The position numbers were made by a program, and so were the translations under genes. A DNA stretch of 61,560 bases, counting the filler. It is 5 parts of 5 records of this genome, joined end to end, with 100 filler letters (N's around TTAATTAATTAA, not from the genome) between each part and the next. Parts side by side here need not be neighbours in the genome. Positions count along the whole stretch, not along the records: positions 45,359 to 54,640 come from SRR31156797_397; positions 54,741 to 61,560 come from SRR31156797_425; 3 more parts are not named here. One strand, given 5' to 3'. Numbering within the stretch: the first letter of the stretch is position 1; each line of letters opens with the position of its first letter. Shown piece by piece: positions 49,261 through 58,788 of the stretch. The notes under the pieces were generated by a model. The model saw only the letters and a list, made by a program, of their open reading frames with translations. It ran no database searches and was not told the DNA's origin.

Positions 49261-49387
49261 GGGGGACTTGATAAAAAGCGCGAAACACGGGATTTCGCAA
49301 GATTTAGGCATTGACAAAACCCAAATACCTGATAGAACTTAAAAATCCTTGTTTTATGTAAAAAATGATCTAAACTTTAACTGTGGA

Positions 49388-51067
49388 ATGAATATGGCTG
49401 ACCCGTTTCAATCGACACCGCAGATCACGCCGGAACAGATCATCGATATCCTGCTCCGGGGAAAATGGATTCTCATTATTCCATTGTGCATTACCCTGAC
49501 ATTGGGGCTTGCAAAAACCCTGACCTCGGATAAAACCTATGAGGCCTCCACCCTTATTTTAGTCCAGCCCCAGCGGGTGCCGACCAATTATGTCCAATCG
49601 GTTGTGACCTCTACCATCAGTCAGCGCATCAGCACAATTTCCCAGCAGATCCTGAGCCGGAGCAATATTGAAAAAATTATAGATCAGTTCGGGCTCTATG
49701 AAAATAGTGCAGATATGTACCTGGAAGATAAAATTGCAAATATGCGAAAAAAAATTCAGGTAAAAATAGAGAGGGCCCGGCGCAGTGGTGCGGAAGCGTT
49801 TTCCATCTCGTATAAAGGAAGCCAGCCCCAGCGGGTAATGCGAATAGCCAACACCCTTGCTTCTTATTTCATGGACGAAAATTTAAAAGTCAGGGAAGCC
49901 CAGGCCGTGGGAACCAGCGATTTTTTGGACTCGGAGCTTGAAAAAACCAGAAACCGGCTGGAAGACAGGGAACAGAAACTGGCGGCCTATAGGGCAAAGT
50001 ACCTAGGCGGTCTGCCGGATGAACTTGAAACCAATTTAAGAACCTTGGACCGGCTTCAGGAACAGCTCATTGAAAAAAATAATATGATCAGAAGCGCTAA
50101 AAATACCTTAAGTATGCTTGAGACCCAGATTGCCCAGTCAAAGGAGATGGCTTCCCAGTCTTTTGAAGATCCTTTTGGGGGATTTGATTTTGAAGGCGAT
50201 GGCAGCTTCGGTGAATCCGAAGATGTCCAGAAGTTGACGGCAGCCCAGGCCCAATATGAAGATCTTCTGCTAAAATATACCGAAAAACATCCGGATGTAC
50301 TCAAGGTTAAAAAGATTATTGAAAAATTGGAAAAAAGCATTGCTGAAGAGGAAAAAGCGGCTTTAGAGGAGGGGGAAAACTCCCCTGGCCCGGAAGAAGA
50401 TACGGCTGCCGGAGACCAAGAGGCGGTGATGGGAGGAATACCGAATTTCGCTGCTATTCAACAGGAAAATCAGCTCAAGCAGTTGAAAAATGAAATCAAT
50501 AAAATTACAGCAGAAGCAGCCGGCATCCAGAAGAAGATGAAGGTCTATCAGCAGCGGGTGGAGGATACCCCTAAACGGGAGTTGGAACTTCAGTCTTTGA
50601 AACGGGATTACACAAATATCCAGGATATTTTTAATTCCCTTCTGGATAGAAAACTTGAAGCAGAATTGTCCGTAAGTATGGAAAAGAAACAAAAAGGTGA
50701 GCAGTTCAGAATTCTGGACCATGCCCGGCTACCTGAAAAACCCATATCCCCTAATGTAAAACTGTTGTTTTTATTATCCGTCGCGTTGGGATTAGGCCTT
50801 GGCGGAGGGATTATCTTTCTGAAAGAATTTATAAATTTTTCTGTAATCAGAAGGGATAAACAGATTGAGGAAACCCTGGGCCTGAATATTATGGCCTCTA
50901 TTCCTCCCCTGAAGAAGCAGTCTGATAAACTTAGGCAGAGAATTAATAATATTGCATTTATCGGATGCTGCTTTTATGCGGTGATTTTTTTAGGATTTTT
51001 CGCCGTATTAAATGCCAAAGGCCTTGACAGGACAATTAATTTTATAAAAATGCACATAAATATTTAG
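49388..51067 (+). CDS. Polysaccharide chain-length determinant (GumC/Wzc periplasmic part, XrtA-system type)
   Basis: Two TM segments, YEASTLILV, YTEKHPDV, coiled coils, FRILDHA.LP.KP.SP. Confidence 0.9.
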   Translation: MNMADPFQSTPQITPEQIIDILLRGKWILIIPLCITLTLGLAKTLTSDKTYEASTLILVQPQRVPTNYVQSVVTSTISQRISTISQQILSRSNIEKIIDQFGLYENSADMYLEDKIANMRKKIQVKIERARRSGAEAFSISYKGSQPQRVMRIANTLASYFMDENLKVREAQAVGTSDFLDSELEKTRNRLEDREQKLAAYRAKYLGGLPDELETNLRTLDRLQEQLIEKNNMIRSAKNTLSMLETQIAQSKEMASQSFEDPFGGFDFEGDGSFGESEDVQKLTAAQAQYEDLLLKYTEKHPDVLKVKKIIEKLEKSIAEEEKAALEEGENSPGPEEDTAAGDQEAVMGGIPNFAAIQQENQLKQLKNEINKITAEAAGIQKKMKVYQQRVEDTPKRELELQSLKRDYTNIQDIFNSLLDRKLEAELSVSMEKKQKGEQFRILDHARLPEKPISPNVKLLFLLSVALGLGLGGGIIFLKEFINFSVIRRDKQIEETLGLNIMASIPPLKKQSDKLRQRINNIAFIGCCFYAVIFLGFFAVLNAKGLDRTINFIKMHINI

Positions 51068-51084
51068 TTCCGTGGAGGGTCGGT

Positions 51085-51933
51085 TTGGGTAAAATTTTCA
51101 ACGCCTTGGAAAAAGCGGATAAAAATAATGGACATGAAATTTCTCCATTGGCGGATTCGGTACAGCCGGGGGATGTGATCCCGTCCAGTAAACCGGAAAA
51201 CACAAAAAAAAATGAGAGGATTCCTTTACCGGAGCCGGACATTGAGAAGCTGGTTACGATTTCAAAACCCTATTCTCCTGTCTCAGAGCAGTTCAGGCTT
51301 TTAAAGAATAATATTCTATTTCCGGAAAACGGCCACCCGCCGAGAACCATTATGATCACCAGTGCCTCACCGGGTGAAGGAAAATCATTTGTGTCGGCAA
51401 ACCTTGCTGTCAGCATGGCACAGAGTATTGATGAGTATGTTCTCCTTATGGATTGTGATCTCAGGAAACCAAGCATTCACTCTCTGTTCGGGTTTGAGAA
51501 GAACCAAAAAGGATTAAGTGATTATCTGTCAAAGGGGATTCCATTATCATCCGCTCTAAAAAAAACATCCGTAAATAAACTCACCATACTGCCGGCCGGG
51601 AGGATTCCGTTCAACCCTTCGGAGTTGCTTTCGTCCGAACAGATGCGGCGGATGCTCCAAGAGGTAAAACTCAGGTATAGTGACAGGTATATTCTTATTG
51701 ATACCCCCCCGCCTTATATTACCTCAGAAACCAATGCCATTGCCCGGTATGTGGATGGTATTGTCATTGTGGTAAGACAGGGAAAAACAAGGCTTAAAGA
51801 GGTTCAGGATATCATTGATATTTACGGCAAGGAAAAAATTATAGGGGTCATTAAAAATTTTTCCGCAAAATCCGTGGGATATGGATACGGATACCATAAA
51901 TATGGATATGGATACCACCATAATAAGGAATAG
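51085..51933 (+). CDS. Polysaccharide biosynthesis tyrosine autokinase (BY-kinase)
   Basis: EQFR.L, SASPGEGKS, DCDLRKP, PSELL, IDTPP, C-terminal GYGYGYHKYGYGY cluster; TTG start with GGAGG. Confidence 0.92.
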   Translation: MGKIFNALEKADKNNGHEISPLADSVQPGDVIPSSKPENTKKNERIPLPEPDIEKLVTISKPYSPVSEQFRLLKNNILFPENGHPPRTIMITSASPGEGKSFVSANLAVSMAQSIDEYVLLMDCDLRKPSIHSLFGFEKNQKGLSDYLSKGIPLSSALKKTSVNKLTILPAGRIPFNPSELLSSEQMRRMLQEVKLRYSDRYILIDTPPPYITSETNAIARYVDGIVIVVRQGKTRLKEVQDIIDIYGKEKIIGVIKNFSAKSVGYGYGYHKYGYGYHHNKE

Positions 51934-51949
51934 ATAAGGGGAAGCAGAT

Positions 51950-53341
51950 ATGCTCAGGGTTTTGAGGCAGTATTTTCCCATCCGGAATATTCTTTTTCTT
52001 CTTTTTGAAGGAGGGATTATTTTCGGGTGTATCCTTTTTTCTAGTGTATTGCTAACTTTTTCTAATTCCTATTGGTTTGACTTTATGTTGGTCTTGCGGA
52101 TTACCCTAATTACTATTATCTGCCAGGTCAGCCTCTATTACAACGATCTTTACGATTTTGATGCGGTTTCCACTGTTCCGGAAATTACCATCCGGCTTTT
52201 ACAGGCTTTGGGTATCACATCCATTGCCCTGGCGGGAATTTACTATTTTTTCCCCCTCGTGATTATGGATCAGAAGATTTATATATTGAGTATAATATTC
52301 CTAATGTTTTTCATTGTCTTCTGGCGAATAGGATATATTCACATGCTCAACCAGGGAATGTTCAATGAGCATATCATTATTTTAGGATCCAGCGGCCTGG
52401 CCGTGGATATTTATACCCAGGTCAACAAGACCATTGATTGCGGATATACAATATCTGCCGTTATTCCGGATAATGAAGATGCCTTACAGAACAGTATACC
52501 TGATGGTATTATTACCTCACTTGGGGACCTTAAACTGTCGGAATTTTCAAAAACCAAAGGCATTGATAAAATTATTGTGGCCTTAAAGGAAAAAAGAGGG
52601 CTTTTTCCCACCCAGGAACTCATCCGATGCAGAACAAATGGTATTGAAGTGATCGAAGGCAGTTCCTTTTATGAGATGCTGACCGGAAAAGTGTTGGTCC
52701 GGAAAATAAATCCGTCCTGGCTGATTTTTTCCCAGGGATTCCAAAAATCCAGAACCAGGGCAATATTAAAAAGGATAGAAGATATTGTAATGTCTTCTGT
52801 AATGCTTTTGCTTTTTTCCCCGTTATTATTGATGGTTGTAATTCTTATCAAACTGGATTCAAAAGGTCCGGTTCTCTTTGCCCAGGATCGGGTGGGTAAG
52901 GATAAAAAAGAATATATGATGCATAAATTCAGGTCTATGGTTGTGGATGCGGAAAAACTCACAGGGCCGGTATGGGCCGGGGATAATGATAATAGGATCA
53001 CCCGGGTGGGCCGGGTGATCCGAAAATACCGTATAGATGAACTACCCCAGTTATGGGAAGTTTTTGTCGGTAAGATGAGCCTGGTGGGTCCCAGGCCTGA
53101 GCGGAAGCATTTTACGGATCAGCTGGAAAAAGAGATCCCATATTATGATCAGCGGTTTAATGTAAAACCCGGACTGACTGGTTGGGCCCAGGTATGCTAC
53201 GATTACGGGGCCACCGTTGAAGATGCTGTTGAAAAATTGAATTACGAATTATTCTATATAAAAAATATGTCCCTTGCCATGGATGTGGTCATTATCATGA
53301 AAACCGTTAAAACAGTTCTTTTCGGCAGGGGTGCAAGGTAA
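51950..53341 (+). CDS. Polyprenyl glycosylphosphotransferase (TIGR03013-like priming transferase)
   Basis: KR..D, KLDSKGP, KFRSM, RIDELPQ, MSLVGPRPE, KPGLTGWAQ. Confidence 0.92.
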   Translation: MLRVLRQYFPIRNILFLLFEGGIIFGCILFSSVLLTFSNSYWFDFMLVLRITLITIICQVSLYYNDLYDFDAVSTVPEITIRLLQALGITSIALAGIYYFFPLVIMDQKIYILSIIFLMFFIVFWRIGYIHMLNQGMFNEHIIILGSSGLAVDIYTQVNKTIDCGYTISAVIPDNEDALQNSIPDGIITSLGDLKLSEFSKTKGIDKIIVALKEKRGLFPTQELIRCRTNGIEVIEGSSFYEMLTGKVLVRKINPSWLIFSQGFQKSRTRAILKRIEDIVMSSVMLLLFSPLLLMVVILIKLDSKGPVLFAQDRVGKDKKEYMMHKFRSMVVDAEKLTGPVWAGDNDNRITRVGRVIRKYRIDELPQLWEVFVGKMSLVGPRPERKHFTDQLEKEIPYYDQRFNVKPGLTGWAQVCYDYGATVEDAVEKLNYELFYIKNMSLAMDVVIIMKTVKTVLFGRGAR

Positions 53342-53414
53342 GCGGGTTTATTCCCACAACCTACTTCCTATTAATTATAATTAATTAACTCGATGTAATC
53401 GAAGGGGCGGAGCT

Positions 53415-54005
53415 ATGTTAAAATATTACCCAGGCAAAATCCTTTTCTGTGTCTTTGCTGTACTTATTTATTTTTTTTCTTTGACGCCAATATGTTTTTC
53501 AGAGGAAAAAGCGGATACCTCAGGAGATTATAAAATAGGGATAGGGGACTTGTTGAAAATCAATACCTGGAAGGAAGATGATCTTTCTTTTGATGCTGTT
53601 TTTGTCCGGAATGACGGTAAAATAACCTTTCCCCTGCTGGATGATATTCAGGCCGAAGGCCGGACAACCATGGAACTTAAGGAGACAATTCAAAAGAGGT
53701 TATCGGAATTTGTAGAAGCCCCCACGGTTACCATTACCCTGGCAAACCCGGGGAGCCAGAAATATTATATCCTCGGAGAAGTCAAAAATGTGGGTGAATA
53801 TCCCCTGATTAAAAAATTGACAGTGGTACAGGCATTTGCCCTGGCAAAGGGGTTTACAGAGTGGGCCTCAAAAGATGAGATCATCCTTTTCCGCCGGCAC
53901 CAGGGAAGAGAAAAAATGATTAAAATTGATTACGGAGATATCACAGACGGGAACCTGAAAAATGATATCCAGCTTAAGGCCGATGATATTATTATTGTTC
54001 CTTAA
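53415..54005 (+). CDS. Polysaccharide export protein (Wza/Poly_export plus SLBB, short form)
   Basis: YKIGIGD.L.I, VRNDGKI.FPL, GEV..G.Y, A.GFTEWA, L...D.IIVP. Confidence 0.9.
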   Translation: MLKYYPGKILFCVFAVLIYFFSLTPICFSEEKADTSGDYKIGIGDLLKINTWKEDDLSFDAVFVRNDGKITFPLLDDIQAEGRTTMELKETIQKRLSEFVEAPTVTITLANPGSQKYYILGEVKNVGEYPLIKKLTVVQAFALAKGFTEWASKDEIILFRRHQGREKMIKIDYGDITDGNLKNDIQLKADDIIIVP

Positions 54006-54032
54006 CCATATTCATAAATTGATTTCCTGGAG

Positions 54033-54640
54033 GTGAAGATGAAATGGTTCACATATAAAATTCCGGCAATGCTGTTTTTAATTTTTCTGGTTTCGGTACC
54101 GGTCCATGCCAGGATGATCACCCAGATCATCCCCACCCTGACCATTACAGAAGAGTACAGCGATAATTATTTCCGTAGTGATTCCGATCCCTTTGAAGAG
54201 TGGAAAACATCTTTTGAGCTGGGCTTTACCATGGGGTTTTTAAATAAAAAAAGCCAGATTTACCTGGAGTACAATCCGGAATATGTCTTTTATAAAAACC
54301 TGGACGACAGAGATGGTTTAGACCATAATGCAAGCCTGTCTGCCGCGTTTCAGCCCACTAAACATACCTCGGCCAAAGCGGATTTAGCCTATGAGGGCCA
54401 CGACGGAAATAATGTGGGTGAATCTTGGGAGCACTCTGCGGGTGTGTCTATTGACAGCCAGCTAACAGAATCTTTAACAGCATTTTTTTCCCATGATTAT
54501 TCCAGAACCTATGACCAGCAGGTTAGAACCGGTGACTATAAGGAGCATCAGACCAATACCAGCCTGGCGGGATTTAGAAATAAATTCGGGGCCAAAAATG
54601 AATTCGGTATGGATTTTACCTATGAGTTTGATGAATATGA
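54033..54640 (+). CDS. Outer-membrane beta-barrel protein of the EPS export locus (3' truncated)
   Basis: Signal peptide, P.LTI.EEYSDN.F motif, alternating beta-strand pattern; follows the short Wza. Confidence 0.7.
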
Positions 54641-54740
54641 NNNNNNNNNNNNNNNNNNNNNNNNNNNNNNNNNNNNNNNNNNNNTTAATTAATTAANNNN
54701 NNNNNNNNNNNNNNNNNNNNNNNNNNNNNNNNNNNNNNNN
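54641..54740. other. Artificial contig linker
   Basis: N44-TTAATTAATTAA-N44. Confidence 0.98.
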
Positions 54741-54794
54741 GACATAAACGGATGCGATGAGGTTTGGGCTTTTTTCAAAACATTAATGGAATAA
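54741..54794 (+). CDS. C-terminal fragment of a CDS, possibly an LpqC/esterase-like hydrolase
   Basis: DINGCDEVWAFFKTLME* resembles the DI.A...IW.FF ending of that family; very short. Confidence 0.35.
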   Translation, partial: DINGCDEVWAFFKTLME

Positions 54795-54890
54795 GCCGAA
54801 AGGATTCAAAAGAAAGAGAAAATATGGTGAATAATAACACGCAGTTGCTAAATTATTGTGGGTGTTTTATGCCTTCCTGCACTGCAAATA

Positions 54891-54983
54891 TTAACAGAAT
54901 TAACACATTTAACACTTGCTAACGCGGTTTAACAATAATTCATATTGGTTAAATCGGTTTAACACAAATTGGTGGTATTTTTG
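54891..54983 (+). promoter_or_regulatory. TTAACA direct-repeat array plus Bacteroidota -7 element
   Basis: TTAACA at 54891, 54900, 54909, 54929, 54959 (variants at 54919, 54949); TATTTTTG (TAnnTTTG) at 54976-54983. Confidence 0.6.
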
Positions 54984-54987
54984 AAAC

Positions 54988-55077
54988 GTGATTATAAATA
55001 AAAGCTGTTAGAACACAAAAGAGTGTTCAGAAAACGTTAGGGAAACGGGGTTGTCTTATTGAAGGCAACCCTTTTTT
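54988..55077 (+). ncRNA. Candidate sRNA 1
   Basis: Promoter upstream, hairpin GAACAC-N6-GTGTTC, terminator GGGTTGTCTT-ATTG-AAGGCAACCC-T6, no ORF. Confidence 0.5.
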
Positions 55078-55148
55078 ATATCCTGATTATTAACAGTTAT
55101 TTTCTTTTTTTTCAAGTACTTAACAGAATGTGGCTTGTGCTTTGTAAT

Positions 55149-55238
55149 AAGTTGGGCAATCAATCAATGGTGTTATCACCATCTGGTGTTTTGAAGATGA
55201 TTAAGGGGCCTCTGCTGGATGAGGTCCCTTTCCTTTTT
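55149..55238 (+). ncRNA. Candidate sRNA 2, similar in layout to sRNA 1
   Basis: Same TTAACA/TTAACA/TTTG spacing upstream, hairpin CACC-ATCT-GGTG, terminator AAGGGGCCTC-N8-GAGGTCCCTT plus T-rich tail. Confidence 0.45.
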
Positions 55239-55843
55239 CAGTTTAAAACCAGCTAATTTGAGGACAGTGTAAATTTCCGGTAGTGTAAAAATTATTCTCA
55301 TCTTTGCTGTCTATTTTTTTTCGATAAATAAATCTTCTCAAAACCTAAGTTCAAACGAGTGACTTAATCTCATCAGGTTGTTGTTGTTGAAAGTATTCGA
55401 TTGAATTCGTTCCTCGTTTCATCACTCACTAGGAACTTCTCCATTTTACTAAGGTTTCGATTTCGGGATTGATATCTCATGCTTCGTAGTGGCATTTATC
55501 CAAGATGCAACTTTGAAGCGTGGCCTTGGGCGGTGAGCCGGAAAACAAGGGGTGAAGGCTGCCTGGCAGGGCATAAAATTATCAGAATATTATTGCCTGC
55601 GGACAATCTTTAGTTCACCTTCTTTTCAAGGTGATTCCTGATTTGCCGATTGGCATTCCTTCCACAGTTACAGCGGCCAGGTTTTATTTCCACTGTTTTT
55701 TATCTAAAGTTTTACACCGTTTAAAATTAATGGAGTATTGAGATATAAGCATAAAGTGTTATCTGTTTTTCTTATTATTTACGTCTCGCAGCAAACAAAA
55801 TCCCATTCAATCTTAACCCGATGTACTTTTAATGCACAGAGCT

Positions 55844-56617
55844 TTATTTATTCATTTCTTCTTTTAACCACTTAGGGCGGTTGGTGGTGATACCGGTAAC
55901 ACCAATGTCTGTTAATCGTTGTGCTTCAGCAGGATCATCGACGGTCCAGGTTAAAACCTCCAGGTTAAGTGACTTGGCAAGAGTCATAATTTCTTCGTCG
56001 ATAATCGAATGTTTTAGGTTTACACCCGCAAGCCCTTCAGCTGCGGCCTGTTCCATTTTCTTTTTCGCACCGGGTTTTAAGGCACTAAGCCAGTAGCATT
56101 TATTGTTCGGAAATGCTTTATGGGTTTTTAAAATGGTATTCCAACTAAAACTAATAAATACAATTTGATCCGACTTGCCGCTTTTTTCAATGCTTCGGCT
56201 AAGCGCCGGAAGCACTTCGGCACCACATTTAATCTCAATTACAAGTGTTTTTCCCTCAGGAACGGTTTTAATTATTTCTGAAATAAACGGAATCTTTTCA
56301 CCTTTAAATTCTTCGCTTTTCCAAATCCCGGCATCCTGGTCGCGTAAAAGTATTGAAGGTGTTTTCTTAATTTCCAGATTCTTCTTCCCGTGGCAGGTTT
56401 TTCTGGTGTCCTTATCGTGAATCACCATAACCCGGTTGTCTTTCGACAGGTGTACATCAACCTCCACTGCATCGGCACCAAGCTCCCAGGCCAGCTTTGC
56501 CGAGGCCACCGTGTTTTCGGGAGCCAGGTAGGATGCTCCGCGGTGGGCAATAAAAGTATTTTGTGCAAAAGCATGCATTGCAAATAATAGTACTGTCACT
56601 GTAAAAATAGTTCTCAT
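55844..56617 (-). CDS. Secreted glycerophosphodiester phosphodiesterase
   Basis: Signal peptide, IAHRGAS..APENT, EVDV, HD, IEIK, WTVD, ITTN.P. Confidence 0.92.
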   Translation of the reverse strand: MRTIFTVTVLLFAMHAFAQNTFIAHRGASYLAPENTVASAKLAWELGADAVEVDVHLSKDNRVMVIHDKDTRKTCHGKKNLEIKKTPSILLRDQDAGIWKSEEFKGEKIPFISEIIKTVPEGKTLVIEIKCGAEVLPALSRSIEKSGKSDQIVFISFSWNTILKTHKAFPNNKCYWLSALKPGAKKKMEQAAAEGLAGVNLKHSIIDEEIMTLAKSLNLEVLTWTVDDPAEAQRLTDIGVTGITTNRPKWLKEEMNK

Positions 56618-56742
56618 GTTTCTAGTTTTTCGTTAATCGAATATAAAAATATTTTTAGCGTTTATGAGCTTAAAAGTGTAGTTTTGAGCTTCCTTATTAA
56701 ACAATTTTAACAAGAATTTGACACACATTCGCAAATCATTTG

Positions 56743-57675
56743 ATGGCAGAGAAATCGGATAATAATAACAGTTGGAGCGCAAATGTAACACAATTTGGGA
56801 ACCAAATAGCCGTTTGGCTTTTGAAATTTTTAGCGCTATTACCTTTGTGGTTTTTGTATGGCATTTCAAATATTTTATTTGTTCTTCTAAAGCATGTAAT
56901 AAAATACCGCAGTAAGGTTATTCTCGAGAACCTTGCACATGCTTTCCCCGAAAAACCGGAAGAAGAGTTACTGATTTTACGCAACAAATTCTACCGTTTT
57001 TTTTGCGATATAACAGTTGAGAGCATTAAGCTCAGACACATGTCGGTAAAGCAACTCGAAAAAAGAATCAGGTTTACCGGTGCCGATCTCCTGAACGAAT
57101 ATGCCCTAAAAAACAATGGGGCAGTATTGTTGGCATTTCATTACAACAACTGGGAGTGGGCCAGTGCTTTACAGCTTAAATTACAACCCCGGGTATTAAT
57201 GGTTTACAACAAAATGCGCAACAACGAACCCATGGATCGTTTTCTGCAAAAAGCCCGCGAAAAATGTGGGGGTAAGGCCGTGCAAATGGGACGGGCAGCC
57301 AAGGTGGCATTCGAATATGCCCATAAAAAAGAACCTGCGGTGTTGGGTTTAATTGCCGATCAGAGTGCGCTGGAAAGCTCGCAATCGTGGACCCGGTTTT
57401 TAAATCGTGAGGCGGCTTTTTTCACTGGTCCCCAAAAAATAGCCAGGCATACCAATCAGCCTGTTTTTTTTCAGCAGGTAAAACGTTTAGGGCGCGGACA
57501 TTACGAGTATTCCTACTCGCTCATTCATGCCGAACCGGCAAAGGCAGCACCTAACGAAATTTTGCTTCGTTATGTTCAAAAAATGGAAGAGCTTATTAAA
57601 ACCGAACCGGAATATTATCTTTGGAGCCACAAACGGTGGAAGCATAAGCGTCCTGTAGGAACAGATTTAATTTAA
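56743..57675 (+). CDS. Lipid A / lysophospholipid acyltransferase (LpxL family), copy 1
   Basis: YR.KVI.ENL..AFPEK, HYNNWE, IADQ, F.GP, P.YYLWSHKRWK. Confidence 0.9.
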   Translation: MAEKSDNNNSWSANVTQFGNQIAVWLLKFLALLPLWFLYGISNILFVLLKHVIKYRSKVILENLAHAFPEKPEEELLILRNKFYRFFCDITVESIKLRHMSVKQLEKRIRFTGADLLNEYALKNNGAVLLAFHYNNWEWASALQLKLQPRVLMVYNKMRNNEPMDRFLQKAREKCGGKAVQMGRAAKVAFEYAHKKEPAVLGLIADQSALESSQSWTRFLNREAAFFTGPQKIARHTNQPVFFQQVKRLGRGHYEYSYSLIHAEPAKAAPNEILLRYVQKMEELIKTEPEYYLWSHKRWKHKRPVGTDLI

Positions 57676-57681
57676 TAAAAA

Positions 57682-58626
57682 ATGGTCGACGAGAGTTTAC
57701 GAAAAACAAGTAAAGGATACCGGGAAGGACTTTTTAAACGTATTTTAAACGGGGTGTTGGTTTTATTTTTAAAACTAATCTCTGTTTTACCATTCTGGGT
57801 GATTTATGGCATCTCCGATTTGTTTTATGTAATTGTACGCTATCTTGTTGCTTACCGGAAAAAGGTAATTCTCGAAAACCTTCGAAACGCTTTCCCGGAG
57901 AAGAGCGAAAAAGAGATTGTTGGAATCATGTCGCGGTATTACCGTCATTTTTGCGATTTTTCGTTGGAGACCATAAAACTCCACAGCATGACCGGGAAAC
58001 AAATTGACAAACGATTAACGGTTAAAGGCCTCGAACTGGCTGCTCCCATTGCCGACGCAGGCCGAAGCATTATGCTTTTGGGCTTTCATTACAACAACTG
58101 GGAATGGTGCAGTGCCATTCAGCCCAAAGCCCGGCACAAATTACTAATGATCGTTAATCCGATACGCGGTAACCTGGCGCTCGAAAAATTTGTCGAACAT
58201 TCGCGTAGCAAGTGGGGAGGTATTTCTGTTCCGGTTCACAAATCGGCGCGCGAAGCAATTGCTTATGCCAAACGCGGCGAGCCTGCTGCACTCTGGTTGG
58301 CAGCCGATCAAACACCTCCGGCAAATTCACCCTTCTGGACTCTGTTTTTAAACCAGGAAACACCATTTTTTACCGGTCCCGAAAAAATCGCCATCAAAAC
58401 AAAACAACCCATTTTCTTTTTGCACCTTAAAAAGCTCAGCCGTGGAAAATACGAAGCCAACTTTTCCATGTTATTCGAAGATCCGTCAAAAGTAGATTCG
58501 AAAGATATTATGCTGGCTTACGTTCGAAAAATGGAAGAGATTATTCGCGAGGAACCCGATTATTACCTGTGGTCGCACCGCCGCTGGAAACACACCCGAC
58601 CTGAGGAAATTGAGCTGACGGTTTAA
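57682..58626 (+). CDS. Lipid A / lysophospholipid acyltransferase (LpxL family), copy 2
   Basis: Same motifs: HYNNWE, AADQ, FFTGPE, YYLWSHRRWK. Confidence 0.9.
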   Translation: MVDESLRKTSKGYREGLFKRILNGVLVLFLKLISVLPFWVIYGISDLFYVIVRYLVAYRKKVILENLRNAFPEKSEKEIVGIMSRYYRHFCDFSLETIKLHSMTGKQIDKRLTVKGLELAAPIADAGRSIMLLGFHYNNWEWCSAIQPKARHKLLMIVNPIRGNLALEKFVEHSRSKWGGISVPVHKSAREAIAYAKRGEPAALWLAADQTPPANSPFWTLFLNQETPFFTGPEKIAIKTKQPIFFLHLKKLSRGKYEANFSMLFEDPSKVDSKDIMLAYVRKMEEIIREEPDYYLWSHRRWKHTRPEEIELTV

Positions 58627-58647
58627 TTTTATGTTTATGTTTTTTTT

Positions 58648-58788
58648 GGCGGCCTTAGCGGGCTTTTTGCTGTAGTTGCCTCCGCTTACCTGGGCTCACA
58701 AAGCGTTTATTGGCTTCTGTTGTCGCCCAAAAACGCTTGTTCGCCCAAAGGTTCGTGTTCGGCAAGCTGCCGCTACAATCCCTGGCCG
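58648..58788 (+). ncRNA. Flavo-1-like Bacteroidota structured RNA / intergenic repeat
   Basis: GGGCTTTTTGCTGTAG-TTGCC...GGCAA-GCTGCCGCTACAATCCC arms enclosing a long imperfect hairpin; family name from recall. Confidence 0.5.

Noticed and set aside
51877-51920. GGATAT/GGATAC short tandem repeat
   Set aside because: Explained by the Gly-Tyr phosphorylation cluster of the BY-kinase
18617-54640. Joint sorting system linking the IPTL-CTERM relic and the PEP-CTERM locus
   Set aside because: Different contigs with different composition
36960-56617. Two GDPD genes as a duplicated module
   Set aside because: They lie on unrelated contigs, probably from different phyla
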